Below are positions 23,401 through 35,475 of a stretch of DNA of 64,000 bases, piece by piece. Position numbers and translations under genes: made by a program. Each line of letters begins with the position of its first letter. Positions within the stretch are counted from its first letter, which is position 1. Origin of the DNA: Amoebophrya sp. A120 (lineage: Eukaryota; Protista; Dinoflagellata); NCBI GenBank assembly GCA_905178155.1, contig CAJINV010000027.1, forward strand, positions 272,656 through 336,655. Reading direction: 5' to 3'. The notes under the pieces are model-generated. The model saw only the letters and a program-made list of their open reading frames with translations. It was not told where the DNA came from and made no database searches.

Positions 23401-23646
23401 GGTGCAAACGAGCGAGCGGTGGAAGGAACTTCGGTGGAGCCGGAACGCAGCAATCTGCGTGGCGGGCTAGCGCAGGGAGCGAGGAAACGAAACGACCACG
23501 TGCGGCAAACGGAGCCATCAGTGGGTGGACTGCAGCTGGTGAGCATCCCGTGGAGCAACGCGTACTACGAGTGGTTAGTGGTTGGTGTGCTCTTGCTACC
23601 GTTCCTCTACTGGCTCCGGGCTGTGTGGTGGCGGCGCCGGCAGTAG
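14404..23646 (+). CDS. Large multi-EF-hand type I membrane/surface protein with 19-aa stalk repeat, about 15 introns
   Basis: Signal-like N-terminus (MARTFLMRLCCLCKFAIA). Many DxDGDG-type loops across exons (DFDGDGAFGLSE, DLDENNHYSHTE, DTDTDGWYSFHE, DMDGDGELSHYE, DLDGDKKISSNE, DFNGDGSLTAEE, DFDGDGHLSQKE, DFNGDGKLENSE). C-terminal TM helix plus basic tail (WLVVGVLLLPFLYWLRAVWWRRRQ*). Some junctions unresolved; it could be two genes. Confidence 0.72.
16880..17094. mobile_element. Introner related to 7069-7277
   Basis: TSD ctcaa/cccaa; restores NEL|KVAG. Confidence 0.72.
17396..17653. mobile_element. Introner family A
   Basis: A-type TIRs; left TSD cggtg, right TSD split by the next element. 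Confidence 0.85.
17657..17965. mobile_element. Introner family B inserted in the TSD of the previous element
   Basis: tatcctgttgaaca / tgttttcacaggatg; TSD tacgg/aacgg. Confidence 0.82.
18489..18765. mobile_element. Introner family B
   Basis: B-type TIRs; TSD agaag/aagag. Confidence 0.82.
18947..19269. mobile_element. Introner (tatcaaactgaaaa TIR)
   Basis: Perfect 14-bp TIR; the TSD-like tccgt/tccga is offset by 6 nt on the right. Confidence 0.75.
19337..19542. mobile_element. Introner
   Basis: tatccaaaaagaac / gttcttttcttggata; TSD attgc/attac. Confidence 0.83.
19597..19790. mobile_element. Introner
   Basis: aaaaaagggttacag / ctgtaacactttttt subterminal IR; TSD gcggt/ccggt. Confidence 0.83.
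19848..20167. mobile_element. Introner family C (opposite orientation to 1670-1988)
   Basis: Perfect TSD tgcgg; its right part is the reverse complement of the left part of 1670-1988. Confidence 0.86.
20412..20749. mobile_element. Introner (C-like)
   Basis: tatcgtgaagaaaaa / ttttttcgcttcgaca; TSD gactt/cactt. Confidence 0.8.
20757..21019. mobile_element. Introner family A
   Basis: A-type TIRs; perfect TSD cttcc. Confidence 0.92.
21059..21321. mobile_element. Introner family A
   Basis: A-type TIRs; perfect TSD gatga. Confidence 0.93.
21810..22181. mobile_element. Introner family B
   Basis: B-type TIRs; TSD ttcaa/tataa. Confidence 0.83.
22776..23035. mobile_element. Introner family A
   Basis: A-type TIRs; TSD acgtc/ccgcc. 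Confidence 0.8.
23041..23445 (+). repeat. Coding minisatellite, 57-bp unit (ADEQPVEGGTVEPDGRNDG)
   Basis: Unit starts at 23128, 23185 and 23242, with degenerate copies on either side. Confidence 0.9.
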
Positions 23647-26043
23647 CGGTGTAAGAGTCTCTACGGGGGAAAGTAGTGATTCTGGATTTATTGATCCGGA
23701 GTTCTGTTGAATATTCTTTGACATCTATTTTTTTTGCTACAGTACACATTATAACAAGGATTGAGCGACTCCATCAATCAGGAGTAAAGGGAAAAAAAGT
23801 TCAGATAATCTTACTGTTACTCATCTCAGCGTGCACAAGTATTTACAAAAAAAAGTTGCAGATTTTATAGGCCCGGCAAACGATAAAAGCGAAAGTGGGC
23901 ATGTATTTTTTAATCGCTGTGCCGGCCAAAGTGCCACACGGTAAGTATTTCAATGCGATCTAACTAATGATTTCCTTGCCGTTTTTCAGAACAAATAAGT
24001 TTGACGAAGAATTTTGTTGCAATAATTTGATTTTTCCCTACCAAAGACGACCAAACATTGAACTTTCGACGCCGTAGAAAATATAATTCCGTCGTACGGA
24101 TTCGGATACATACGGAAACGAAGTGTCTATCCTATTCAAGAGATGAGTCCGCGCCACCTCCTAACCTACTGAAGAGGAACAACATGGTAACAACATAAAT
24201 GTTGTTTGTCATGCTGTGATGAGCTGCTGATAAATTTGAGACAGTTGTTGCTTTCGCTAGCATGGCAGACTTCCAGTGTACAAAATCCTACCGGGGTTTT
24301 CGATAGAGGAACGTGCTGCAAGTCAGCAACCACGATGCGCCGGCGTTCTGATGCGAGCCCCGATAGCTTCTGCCGGAGCTCCTTCGGGATTTTTGTCGCG
24401 GGCTGGGGGGCTGCAACAAAGCTACCCTTTGTCTCATGTAGTAGTCATCTAGTCGAGCAAAATTGTAACGCCTTTTTATCTAAAATGGCAAAGCAACCGC
24501 TGGTCAGGAGACCTTTAAAAACCAATTTTTACAACTAGAAACCAGCAAAAAGGATAGCGAAAAGAAAGAAGCATAGGCGGAAATTCGTCTACAGCACGGC
24601 TCGACGACGCTCTGCATTTAGTTATAATCCGACCTGGCGAAATACACTTTTCACAAAACTTCATTCTTTAATTTTTTCCTTGTGTTGGAAGCATTTTCTC
24701 AGCATAAAGTAGAACGCGTAGCCGGCGCTTCGCAACAGCGATTGACCCGTTGGTGAAATATAGTGCTCTCCGACGGGTTTGCGCTTTAATTACCTGAGCG
24801 ATTTTGCTCGTGTAGATTTACAGGTATAAAATATAGGACGATTGACTGATCGGGAAAAAATAAGCATTAAGACGCGAAAGTCGCGCATAACCAAAAGCTG
24901 CACCCTGCCTCCACCTTTTTGTGCTCTGACCCAGTTTACATCTGCCTAATTTTTAACATGATGCTCTGCCCACCCGTGTAGCTGACCACCTTTTTTTTTT
25001 GAAGCTGCTTATTTCTAGCTGAAACCAAGCGGCTCACTTACTTCTGATAAACGAATAAACGATTCTTTATGATCCTGGTTTTTTTCTTTCTTTAGCACAA
25101 CAGACTTGGGCTGAAGATGTCCACCTGCTAGAAATTGCTAGTGAAGCTGCAACCTTTTAGTTTTACTATTGGTAAATGCGTCGCCTGGTATCTTTAACGA
25201 GTGAAGAACAGGAACGATAGAGCTTTTCGGCTCACAGGACAACTGGCGCTCCGGCCAAACATCGCGATGCAACGAGCTCCATAGCAGGGCAATAGGCCCG
25301 ATCTTGGGGCGAGCGAGAAGTAGTTTTCTGAAATTTTCCATACGATTTAAAGCGAAACGAGACCTGTCCACGCCAATTCCAAGCAAGCATCTGAAGCTGC
25401 TCGTAGCTTATTCAAACACCCAAGAAAACGTGTAAGTGTATCGGACAGAGCTATAAAAATCGACGACTTTTTTTTTTAAGCATGGGTTGCACGTTCAAAT
25501 TTCGCAATGTACCCTAGCCGATTGTAAATTTCGCCGCGCCGGCCACTTTTAGACGCACCCTTGTACAACAATGTAGACGAGTGAATGAACTGCATCGACC
25601 CGTTTGTGTCACTCCACAAGCTGTTGCACAGGACACCTTTATCTCGTACTACAAACATGCTGGCGATACGAATGTACTGCAAAAATGCACACCTGTATAT
25701 ACTTGCTAAGCAGCGGTGCCTCTTGGCAAGAAGCCGCTATTACAGTCAGCACTCTGGCGCTTTACTGAGAAGCTTTTTGATGAAAAACAAGAATTCGTGT
25801 TCCCCAATGTACGCATTTGTGTCATCACCGTGGGCATGGCAAGGGTGATACATTTTGAAGTATCTACACTACATGAACCATCCGCCAGATGTTCCGTGGT
25901 TTCCATGCTTCCAACGCGTTCACACTGCAACGAGCGAAGCACCCTAGTGCGGCTGGAATCACATTTGAATTTCCACATTGACTCTGACATTTTATCCTGA
26001 CAAAACCATGCTCCTGTCATTCCGGTTGCCCGTTACGCACACT

Positions 26044-29018
26044 ATGCGAAGGCCCTGTGTCCTGCGCCCGCTGCGATTTTGCGTGCCCTCCCTTCCTGCT
26101 AGAACGCAAGCCCGATTGGTGTTCGATGATCCGTGCTACCGGCGCCAAAACGAAGAGGATTGGACAAACGGCTCGAAGCAAACCGTCCATGCGAATGAGT
26201 GGCGAGATGCCGCCGGTGCTCCACTGAATAAGCAAGAGGCGAAGATGAGGCAGAAAACTGCGGTCCTCGCCACCGTGCCTGCCAGCGATACAGCGGTGGT
26301 TCACGATGTGCAGGTATCAACGACCAAATGAGTCTGTGGAAATGGAAAGTCCCCTTAGTAGAGTAAAGAGACAGGTATACCTTGCGTGAAAACGATTTAG
26401 AAGTGTGGTTGGAGCAATGCGAAATCCTATTGCCACATGAGAACCAGTCACGACCCTTTCCACCTGCTGGACATTTTTTTCCATACCAGCAGGCCCTGAA
26501 GCACTGTCTGCACGTGCTGTATACCAACGGCGAAAAGTTTCTAGACAGCGGTATGATGATGAAAAACTCTGCCCACATGCAAAAAACGCATTTTGCATAT
26601 GCAAATGAGCTGCCGTGCAGTGCCGAAACCAAAGAGACAATCGTGCCAAAAATGCCATGTGGGCAAAGTTTTTCCTACTACTGAAGACGGCGGGTACCAC
26701 AAGCCGATGCTAAATGCGGACAAGCTTTTCAAGTTTTGCGTCAAGGTCGAAATTGCGTTCCTCGTCACGAACCTGTGCCTGCAAACGCCCTTGCTGTTCG
26801 AGGTATTGATGATATCGAACAGAAGAGTACACCTGTACCACAAAGAAAATCGAATTTGTGTTGCTAAATTGACGTTACTGGAAAGTCTGTAATGCGGAGA
26901 CCACACAAGAAAACATTTTCCTTTGTGCAAAATGCAGTTTGTAATGCGTTCTGACGGTTGGAAAGAGGTATGGCAAAAACTCTGTCATGCTCTGCAGCCC
27001 AGAAGGGTTTTTTGCCAAACAAAAAACAGCATGTCAAATTTATTTCTTTTCTGGTGTGGGTGTACTTTTTTGGGGAATAGATGAATGCGCATCTCCAGTA
27101 CGCGTCGCTCGCACTCGCCTGGTGGGCTGCGGTCTATGTTATCAAAGTGAAGATAGCCCTCGTCCCATATTCAGATGGAAATTTCTGTTGCTGGATCGCT
27201 CTGAACAAATTGGGGCTGTTTTCCAGCAGGCAAGACAAGGATGATTTTTGACCAGAAATGAGCGTCACAAATTTCCGTTTTGATTATGGGGCGGGGGAAT
27301 TTTAGCTCGAGATACATGTTGGCTTAGACCTGGCCAAGTACCCTGGCTGGGTGGTATGCGGCACGACAACCGCACTCCAACTCCCGATATCCTGAGTAAA
27401 AACGTACCCACACCAGAGTCAGGATGAGGATTTTGCAACACAAACCTAGGAGTTTTGTGAGTCACGCATGACAAGTTGCACTATGCAGTGTAGTGCTGAT
27501 TAGCAAGTGCAGCCGCATCACAGATTCACCTGCTCATCCCGTTCACAGCATCACAAATTGCAAAACACAATTCGAAATAGCTCTCATGGGGATGCGCATT
27601 ACAAGTCTTCCTGTCTTTGCAAATCTGCATTACAACTCTGGTGTGGGTACGTTTTTACTCAGGATACCCGACTGCAAGGTGGTATCCACGAAGCGCGACC
27701 GCAAGTTTGGTCTTCGCTCTCGGGGTATACATTGCAAATACGTCTGGGTCTGAAAGGATGCGAAGTGTGTCATGCTCGTCTGGCATGCCTGAAGAGTTTG
27801 TGATGCACGTTCAAGAAGAGGTCCTTTTGCTCGTCATGCAAAAACGCAGTTTGTCATGCGTCGGAAAACGCAAAATGAAGCCGCGCAAATATTTCTCATG
27901 CTTGGCTGTGCATTACAGAGCATTCAGTATTCACAAGTCAGCATTACATCTTTCCAGACCCAGACATATTTGCATTGGATACGGAGCGATTGGGCTCTGC
28001 TGTACGGAAGCGAGCGTGCAACTTTCGTGTTATCCTGTGTAAAAACGTCCCCAGCCCATAGGTGTCATGCATATTTGCACCTGCAGAAATATCTGTAATG
28101 CGCATCCGCATGAGAAGAACTTGTAGTCGTGTTCTGAGATTTGTAATGCTGTAAACAGGACAAGCATGCATCTCCGTGGTGCGGCTGTCCTTGCTAAACA
28201 GCACTACACTAGTACAGATGGAACCCTCTCATGCGTAACTCCACGAAACTTGGACATTTGTGTTGCAGACTACTTGGCAACTTGACTACGGGGTGGGGCC
28301 GTTTTTGCTCAGGATACGGATGGACCGTGGATCAGCTACGGCGTCTTGCTGTCTGGCTACGGCGTGATGCTCCTCCTGGACTGTGCGTTCCACAAGTCGC
28401 TGATGCTGCCGTCTTGGCTCATTCGCTGTATCATATTGGGAATCATGTTTGCTCCCGATAGAGATTTCGGTTCTTATCTACCTAAAGCGAGTGATGTCGA
28501 CTGGGTATGGTTTGTCATGATGGAACCGAACCTCGCTCTATACATGCATGCGCCGGCGAGCTATCGCTTTACGTTTATCAAATACGGCAAACTTATCCTT
28601 TGCAAATATTTCTTCAGCTCTGGCGCATTGCAAAATTGCATCGTCGCTTCTGACAGAATATCCCCGCTCAGCAACACAAACTCAGTTTTCTGGGACTGCC
28701 CATGGTTCGCACATTGATACGCAGGAAGCTTCTCCTGAACGTCGCAGCAATTCTATCGCATTGAAAATACTTCCCAGCCCAGAGTACAGAGGAAAGCCTC
28801 TGTGAGGTACAGAGGGGTTTTGCAGACGATATAAAGGGATTTGCATTTCGCATGACGTCTGGCGCTTCATTGTAGTCCAGTATTGAAAAACAGCCCTCGT
28901 CGTAGTCGTAGCAGTTCAGACTTCTTTTTAAAACTAGTACAGGCTTAAACTATTTCTGGGCTGGGAGGTTTTCACGGTGATCGGCCCTTTCACTGTCAGT
29001 CTCCTGTGCGAAAGGTAG
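26044..29018 (+). CDS. DUF3429/TMEM69-like membrane protein, possibly mitochondrial
   Basis: Arg-rich N-terminus; GT-AG intron at ~26314-26374. Joined exons give HLQYASLALAWWAAVYVGLDLAKYPGW...SYGVLLSGYGVMLLLDCAFHKSLMLPSWLIRWKLLLNVAAILS, resembling DUF3429 (Q..YGA.ILSFLG.IHWGL...Y; D......P.W...R..LT). The last exon is tentative. Confidence 0.5.
27140..27314. mobile_element. Introner (C-like, short)
   Basis: tatc / gata ends; TSD tatgt/catgt. Confidence 0.78.
27388..27666. mobile_element. Introner family B (young copy)
   Basis: Perfect ~32-bp TIR tatcctgagtaaaaacgtacccacaccagagt; perfect TSD cccga. Confidence 0.95.
27726..27981. mobile_element. Introner family A
   Basis: A-type TIRs; TSD cgggg/cggag. 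Confidence 0.88.
28031..28316. mobile_element. Introner family B
   Basis: B-type TIRs; TSD cgtgt/cggat. Confidence 0.86.
28429..28719. mobile_element. Degenerate introner
   Basis: tatca / tgata ends; TSD cgctg/cgcag. Confidence 0.65.
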
Positions 29019-29423
29019 GGCTCTCGGACACGATGGGGCTGAGCTGCTGCTGCAACAAAGAAACGCGGGTCGTGACCTGACGGATCCTACTTTGATATAG
29101 TGCGCAGAAAGACGACTAGCTCAAGCGAAGAAGAAGGAAAAGATGTGGCGCAAATTCTAATGCACTCGAAAAAAAAAGGAAAAAAAAAAAACTGTTTGGT
29201 GTACTGTGCGGCAACGGCCGAAAAAGCTTCGTTTCTTCATCGTATTTGTTCCCTTCTCAAAGCTTCGCAGCGGTAGTTGCAAGATCCAAGTGCTGGACCT
29301 AGCTCCACGTTTTTCGATTAAAACTACCTCAACACCCAATGTTCTGCCATCAACACGATCTACTTTCTCAGGATCAGCCCTGTAGTTTGTGGTACAAAGG
29401 AGAGGCGGCAAACCTCCGCAGTG

Positions 29424-32400
29424 ATGCGAGGAAAATGGTTCTTCACCGCTCCGTGCGTTTGCACCAGCACCTCTTTCACACTTAAATGCTGTTTCTTGCT
29501 CCTTGCGGCATCCTGTGCCGCGGCAGTGGGGTCCGGTTTGCGCACCGCCATACTGCAGAGCTATTTTCCAGAACAACACAGGTCCGAGGAGCGGTTGTAC
29601 AGCTTGGTGGAGCGCGAAAATACAGCAGATACCGCAACCGCTGACACGACTTCCGGTGCTGCGCACGCTAGCTTCGCAAAACCAGGCGCAGCTCGACTCG
29701 ACGCTATCCTGTGGACAGATTCTATCATTTTTCCCCTCAGCTGCAACAGAGATTTAACAAGCATTCTCGAAAAGCTCGGGAATATACGTGGTCCTGCGAG
29801 ATGTGTATCAGCGTAAGCATGTGCTTCTTCTGCAGCAAATCTTGCAGTGTAGCAACCTTTGCATCTGTGCGGCGGGAGAGGATAGTTCTTCCACAGCATA
29901 CAATAATCTCTCTGTTTCGTCGACAATTACCGAAGAGCGCAGCAAGCAAACAGGACCAAGGATCAAGAAACGGAGCCAGCAACATCCTTCTTCACCTCCG
30001 CATCCACAAAACGCCGACGGCATTTTCAAACAATTGCGCGAAACCTTGGTGTCAGCTACTTCTTCCGCCCCCTCTTCGACAGCCCCGTGCTGTATGAGAA
30101 ATTGCAGCGCGGCAACGACTGGGCAAGCGCCTTGCTCTTCCAGCGGTTCTCAGGATACTACGACCAGCTCCTGTATGTGCACGAGTCAGCGCATCTCGAA
30201 AAAGATGTCGTGGAAGCGCTTCTGCGGCACTACCACCAAAGGAGAGAAGAGCCAGCGAGCTCAGCATCCGCGACCAAGGAAACAGTGGTGCAAGACACAG
30301 CGACGGCGGGAAGAATACTGCTAATCACAGCACCTACAGCTCCGGGTCGTCGTGCTACAGGAGATACAGCGGTCGCTACGCACCAAACAATCGCGATTCT
30401 GTCTACTGCGAGTGACATCGCGGAGGACGGCCGGACACTCCGCGGACGCGACGCTCTGATGGAGTTTTGGACGAACGTTTTTCTGGACCGCCACTGCCTA
30501 GACCTGACGGTTGCGAGCTGCGCGCATAGGCAAGGAGGGGGGGTTGAGTCGAGTAGTTGTCGCTTGTACAAGCTTGTCTCGAATTTCGTACCATCCCGAA
30601 TAAAGTGGAACGTAGCTTGAAGATGATGAAATGTGCATGACAAATCGCAATGTTTGACTTAACAAGCCCCTCCTTATTGCATAGTACGAAGGAGTGCCGC
30701 CCAGGGTTCCGAGTATTGGACGCTGACGGAAGCGTCTGGCTTTGTCGAGGTGCACGAACTGGCATTGCCAGACCCGCAAGACGCTCCGGTCACAGCACTG
30801 GACCTGGACCAGATTCAGTTCGTCGGAACAGTCGGCAGCGCAAACAAATCCCCGCTTTTCACTGGCGGTCCTCCTCGCGGTCCAATCGCAACTGCTACTT
30901 CAACAGCGGACGGTGTGCACGATTCGCCGAGCGGTGACACGCCTGACTCAGGCGTGCCCGCGGCACGAAAACTGAAGATCGCGGTCGTGCAGACGTACTT
31001 CCCGCGCTCTCATACGAAACGTGCCGAATTGTATTCCTGGACCGAAAGAGAACTTCTTGCCGAGCCACTGTACGAAGAGCATCTCGCGCAAGAAGGATCT
31101 CAAGGAAGCAGCCGAACCCGTTCCTTGTTCAAGGATTCTCGAGTACTGCAGACCGCGGAAAACCTGAAAAGCAGGTTTGATAAATCAGAGGGGGCAACAA
31201 CTTCTTCACCCAGCGGCCACGATCACTCACCCAGTGCTGCGACACAGCGCAGTCAGCTCTTCTTCCCTCTGTACGTGAAGGCCGTTGCCAAGATCAACCA
31301 AGCGTACTGTGTATGAAATGAACCGTGCCTCGATAGTAAATCCTTCGGAGCTGCACAGCAGTGCAACATCGCTATGCTCGGTGGGCGGACAAGGTCGTCT
31401 ATGTGGCCACGGTTCATTTTCATGCGAAAAACGACACAACTACGCCTACATCTTCCGCACAAAGTTCGAAGCGCGCGAGCCACTCTACGTCCAACGTGGC
31501 AAATTCGCGACCGCTGGTCACTTTCTGGATGGAGTGCAGAAAGAACGTCCGCATCGAGCGTACTCCTGGGGGCGAATTCTTCTCGTGTGGCGGTATTTGC
31601 CGTTTTACGACTACGTGCTCATCGCGGACCTGGACGCAGCATTCGTTCGCCCGCAAACAGTATCAAAGCACAACAGCGCATTAGCAGGCACTCCCGGGGC
31701 TATGGCACTTCCTCGGTGACGACGCTGAACAAGGCATGACATTTTGTATTCACTCTTGTGTACAATCTACGGGACACGAAAATTTTAGCTGGCTGTGCGT
31801 TCTGTGCATTCCTATAAATCCGTATAGAAACTTTGCTGTACTTCTGGGACCCAAGTGTGCGCTGGCTCTTGCAGACACCGGAAAAGAACGTGGATCGCCC
31901 GTCCAGACCAAGCGACCCGAGCCCCGCAAACCTGGTGTTCGAAAATCAGCCACTGAAATTCGTCGGCTTTTTCGGCACACAACTGCAGGCCGGCGTTTTC
32001 ATGATGCGGGGCGGCACGCTGGTAGCAGACGGTAACGAAGAATGGGGCTCGGAGTTTCTCATGAGGATGTACCTGCACCCAATGTGCTTCGACGGTGGAC
32101 TGTGTGAGCAGACTTGCGCGAATGCGTGGCTGCTCGCAGACCTGGGCAACTGCTGCGGACAAGCGGGCGAACACAGGGGCAGCGGACACCAGCAAATCCC
32201 TTCGTGCGGCGACCCAGCGCTCGACGGAATCCAAACGGGCTTCAAAGCTGCTGACGAAAGTGGTGCTCCGGTCGAACGTCCAGAAACTTCTGTAAACGAA
32301 CCTGTCCCGAGCGCAGCCACGAATAGCAACACTCCGGAAGACGAAAATGCCAGTTTCGCTTACATCAGGAACGGGCCGCACAGCATCCGCCACTTTGTTT

Positions 32401-32639
32401 TTGGACAACACTATCAACCCGGCGCACGAGCCCACAGCCGAGCCGCGCGAGTTCTTCCTGTTGGTACGATGCAGGCTATCGAAATGCGGACGAGACTGCG
32501 AATTGTCAGCGAAACGAATGGCGCGGTCCGGTTCTCGACCGGCTTTCCGAAGGAGCCCGGCGCCACGGAAGGCGATACGCAGTATACATTCCGAGACGAC
32601 ATTCTGGACAGGCCGTTGATGTACCACACCGCTGTATGA
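29424..32639 (+). CDS. Secretory-pathway protein with a GT34 (GMA12/MNN10 galactosyl/mannosyltransferase)-like domain, intron-containing
   Basis: Signal-like N-terminus; motifs KINQAYCEKRHNY, YSWGRILLV...YDYVLIADLDAAF (DxD), QLQAGVFMMR, WGSEFL, CEQ. Gene boundaries are uncertain. Confidence 0.55.
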
Positions 32640-32785
32640 GATTTGAAAAGCGCTGCGTACTTGACATCGTCAGGCATGCAGTCTCGCTGTAGTTCACCCT
32701 CGTTTATTATTTACTCAAACAAGATCTTTTTGCCAGACATAGTTCTTGACAAGATGAAAAAGTCCTGCAGTCAAGTAGGAAGCAG

Positions 32786-34144
32786 GTGTATTTTTTCCTT
32801 TCATGCGACGGCAGGGGCGAAACCTTCAAAAACGTAGTCTTTACAACCCTCCTTGATATGACGGCAAAAGATGAAGTTACAGGCAAAGCAGAGATTCATC
32901 GTGCTGCCCAACAACCGTTGTTGAAACCAGCATCCCGGCCAGAGCCCGAGTTCCTCTGGGAATGTCTCACTCCCGGCACGGCAAGCTCAGGAGAGCGAGC
33001 TGCTTCAACGCACACGTCGCTTTTTAACCGGGTAATGGACGCTTTGGGAGCCTACTATGGATACCAGTACGACTTTCAACACCACTATGGAGTCAGCCCC
33101 GAGAACACAAAAGGGACCATCGAAGGCCGCAACTACAAGGAACTACGGGGATTCTCGCCGAGCTTCGCCGAGACGATGACGGAGATATTCCCCGATGCGC
33201 CTTTTCGCCGGGGGATACACACAACGCCCAAAGACCTTGCGATCATAGTTCCTACTTTCAGCACGAAGACAGTAGGAGGACCCGAACACGCAACAAACTC
33301 GCCTGAACTTCCCAGGAAGTCACCTGTCCACTCCGCCCTGAATTTCGCCGCGTGTTACCAGGCCTACAGCTCCTACCATCGTGTCGGCGTGTTTGCAGTC
33401 GGACATCCCCTAGCTGCGGAAAGCATCTTGACCGCAAGTCATGCGCTTGGTGCGCTTCTGTATCGGCGTTTGCCTTCCTTTGTTCTACCAGCCCGAGGCG
33501 GCAAGTCCTACGGACCCGGCGGAACCGCTACAGAAATCGCAGTTCGCGAATACCACCGCGGCCGCAGCAACCAGTTCGTCGTGAAGCGGTCAAGGCCTCG
33601 CTCCAGGCCATCAGAGACAGATTTTCCGCACGCGGCCGGCCAAGAATACGAAGACGGGTTCAATTCCTTTTTCGAGCCAAGCATGGGCGAGGGCGACGGA
33701 GAAACAGTGACAACCTCGCGGTTTTGGTCCGCGTTCGTGATCTGGAATGCGGATGATGGGGCGGAAGAAGATGGACATGACGTACCGAGCACTGAAACTG
33801 CAATCGCGCAAACGGAAGCAGCTGTAAAAACCAGTTTATCGTCCTCAAACTCAACCGCCACACCGAGTTACAAATGGGCCAAAGCGACTGTCCTCCATGT
33901 CCGGGAGCTGCTGTCCTACGGTTGGCGTAGGAATGATCAGTTTTCCATCGACTACTTAAACATTCCCACGCGGGTTTTCATCGTATCCAGCAATGCAAAT
34001 TTGCGCCAGCATCTCCTAATACTTCACCTGCTGGAAAGGCACGTAGGCTGTACGATAGAGAAACTCTCAACTGCACTAGCAGTATGTAATTTCTCCGAAG
34101 AATTGGAACTAGATCGAATAGCAGGTAATGGCGCTTTCGCGTAA
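32786..34144 (+). CDS. 452-aa ORF of unknown function, probably further exon(s) of the GT34-like gene
   Basis: Long ORF on the cluster strand, separated from the previous exon by ~200 bp of AT-richer intron-like sequence. Confidence 0.5.
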   Translation: MYFFLSCDGRGETFKNVVFTTLLDMTAKDEVTGKAEIHRAAQQPLLKPASRPEPEFLWECLTPGTASSGERAASTHTSLFNRVMDALGAYYGYQYDFQHHYGVSPENTKGTIEGRNYKELRGFSPSFAETMTEIFPDAPFRRGIHTTPKDLAIIVPTFSTKTVGGPEHATNSPELPRKSPVHSALNFAACYQAYSSYHRVGVFAVGHPLAAESILTASHALGALLYRRLPSFVLPARGGKSYGPGGTATEIAVREYHRGRSNQFVVKRSRPRSRPSETDFPHAAGQEYEDGFNSFFEPSMGEGDGETVTTSRFWSAFVIWNADDGAEEDGHDVPSTETAIAQTEAAVKTSLSSSNSTATPSYKWAKATVLHVRELLSYGWRRNDQFSIDYLNIPTRVFIVSSNANLRQHLLILHLLERHVGCTIEKLSTALAVCNFSEELELDRIAGNGAFA

Positions 34145-34619
34145 AAAAGCTCTTCTGCTCGAGCTGCGACCAAGCAGGATCGGCACCTGCCCGCAGTTTA
34201 CAGCAGCATAACGCACCTTACATTGTTGATACATTTCGCCCGTTGTTCATGTTGGAACTGATTTGTCCCTCGCAGGAAAGTTATGCCAACTCGGATCCCT
34301 CCTAAAACACACCAAAGCACAGTTCCAGAAGGACACAAAAGATGTGGAAAAATTGAAAAACCGAAAAGAAAGATCCATGACTTGATGATGCAAGAGAAAA
34401 GAGGAATCAAAGGTCATCTCGCTGTCGATGAAGTGCTCAAAACACAATAGCAACCTTTTCCATTTTGAACAACGCGTCGCACCGGTATACGTTTCTATTT
34501 CGAAAAAACCAAGTCAACAAGCAACGTAAAATAGTAGAAAAAGTTCGTAGTTAGTCGGTCCCACAAGAAAATTATTGGCGCTTCGTAATACGCTTTTTGA
34601 ATCACAAGCAACACAAAAC

Positions 34620-35283
34620 ATGCGAACCTTCATTCGGGCTGCCGGGGTAGCCTATGCTACCGTCCGATTTGCGGCTGCGTCGATGAATTGTGACGACGAG
34701 TTTGAGCCCTACTGTATGAAAGATTTGCCGCAGGGGTACACTAATCTGGATCTCGGCAAATGCTTTCGCAACATCCCGGCGGATAAACGCTCGGAAGGTT
34801 GCAACAAGTGGTATAATTTATACTAAGCTGTTTTCTGCAGGTTTGATAATAGAAAACTTCAGCTGTTGTTCGAACTTTCGCACCAATGTCTCTTTACTAT
34901 GCACAAAGCCGCGGGAGGCGCCATGGTAAATCCTAGACAGAACAAACGACAGGGTCACGTTCCACGAACAGTGCAAGGAGGAATTCGCGGGTGAACGCTG
35001 CATGGGCTCCGCCTGGACCCCGGATGCGGAGATCTGTGTGAAATCCTGGACCCCGCGGAACGAGATCACGGCACCGTGCGGGGAGATGTTGCCGCCGGAG
35101 GAGAAGAACGAGGAGGCGGAGCTTTCCCCCGCCGCCAAGAAACGCAAGGAAGAGCGCCGCAAAATCCGCGAGGAGGCGGCCGCCCGGATGCGCGATGAGC
35201 AATCCGGCGGTAGTAAGAAGACCAAAAAGAAGAAGGGCAGCAAGAAGAAGAAGAGCAAGAAGACCGACAAGTCCGAGTTGTAA
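34620..35283 (+). CDS. Small Cys-rich secretory protein with a KDEL-like C-terminus (KSEL), one intron
   Basis: Signal peptide MRTFIRAAGVAYATVRFAAA, spaced Cys residues, Lys-rich tail ending DKSEL*; intron at ~34812-34935. Confidence 0.65.
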
Positions 35284-35475
35284 GTTGTGAACGCACGATC
35301 AACTCTGTCTCGGCAAGTTTGCTGTGAAGAACTCGTGGCTCTTCGGATCTGGTGTGCACCTCTGTGCACCGTTCTGAAGCCGCAACGCTGCGTTGCGAAA
35401 GTTATACGGAGTGGACTTTTTTAGAAACTTCGACACGGCAACCTCAAACATTTTTTTAATGAATTCTCTCAGGAG

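Noticed and set aside
2354-28316. Recurrent ~30-bp repeats separated by unique sequence as a CRISPR array
   Set aside because: The repeats come as inverted pairs with TSDs and irregular spacing, the 'spacers' are exons, and there are no cas genes.
2276-28461. Recurring ORF motifs such as FQTQTYLH, PDPDIFA and CKNVWVWK as a protein family
   Set aside because: They are translations of the family A TIR.
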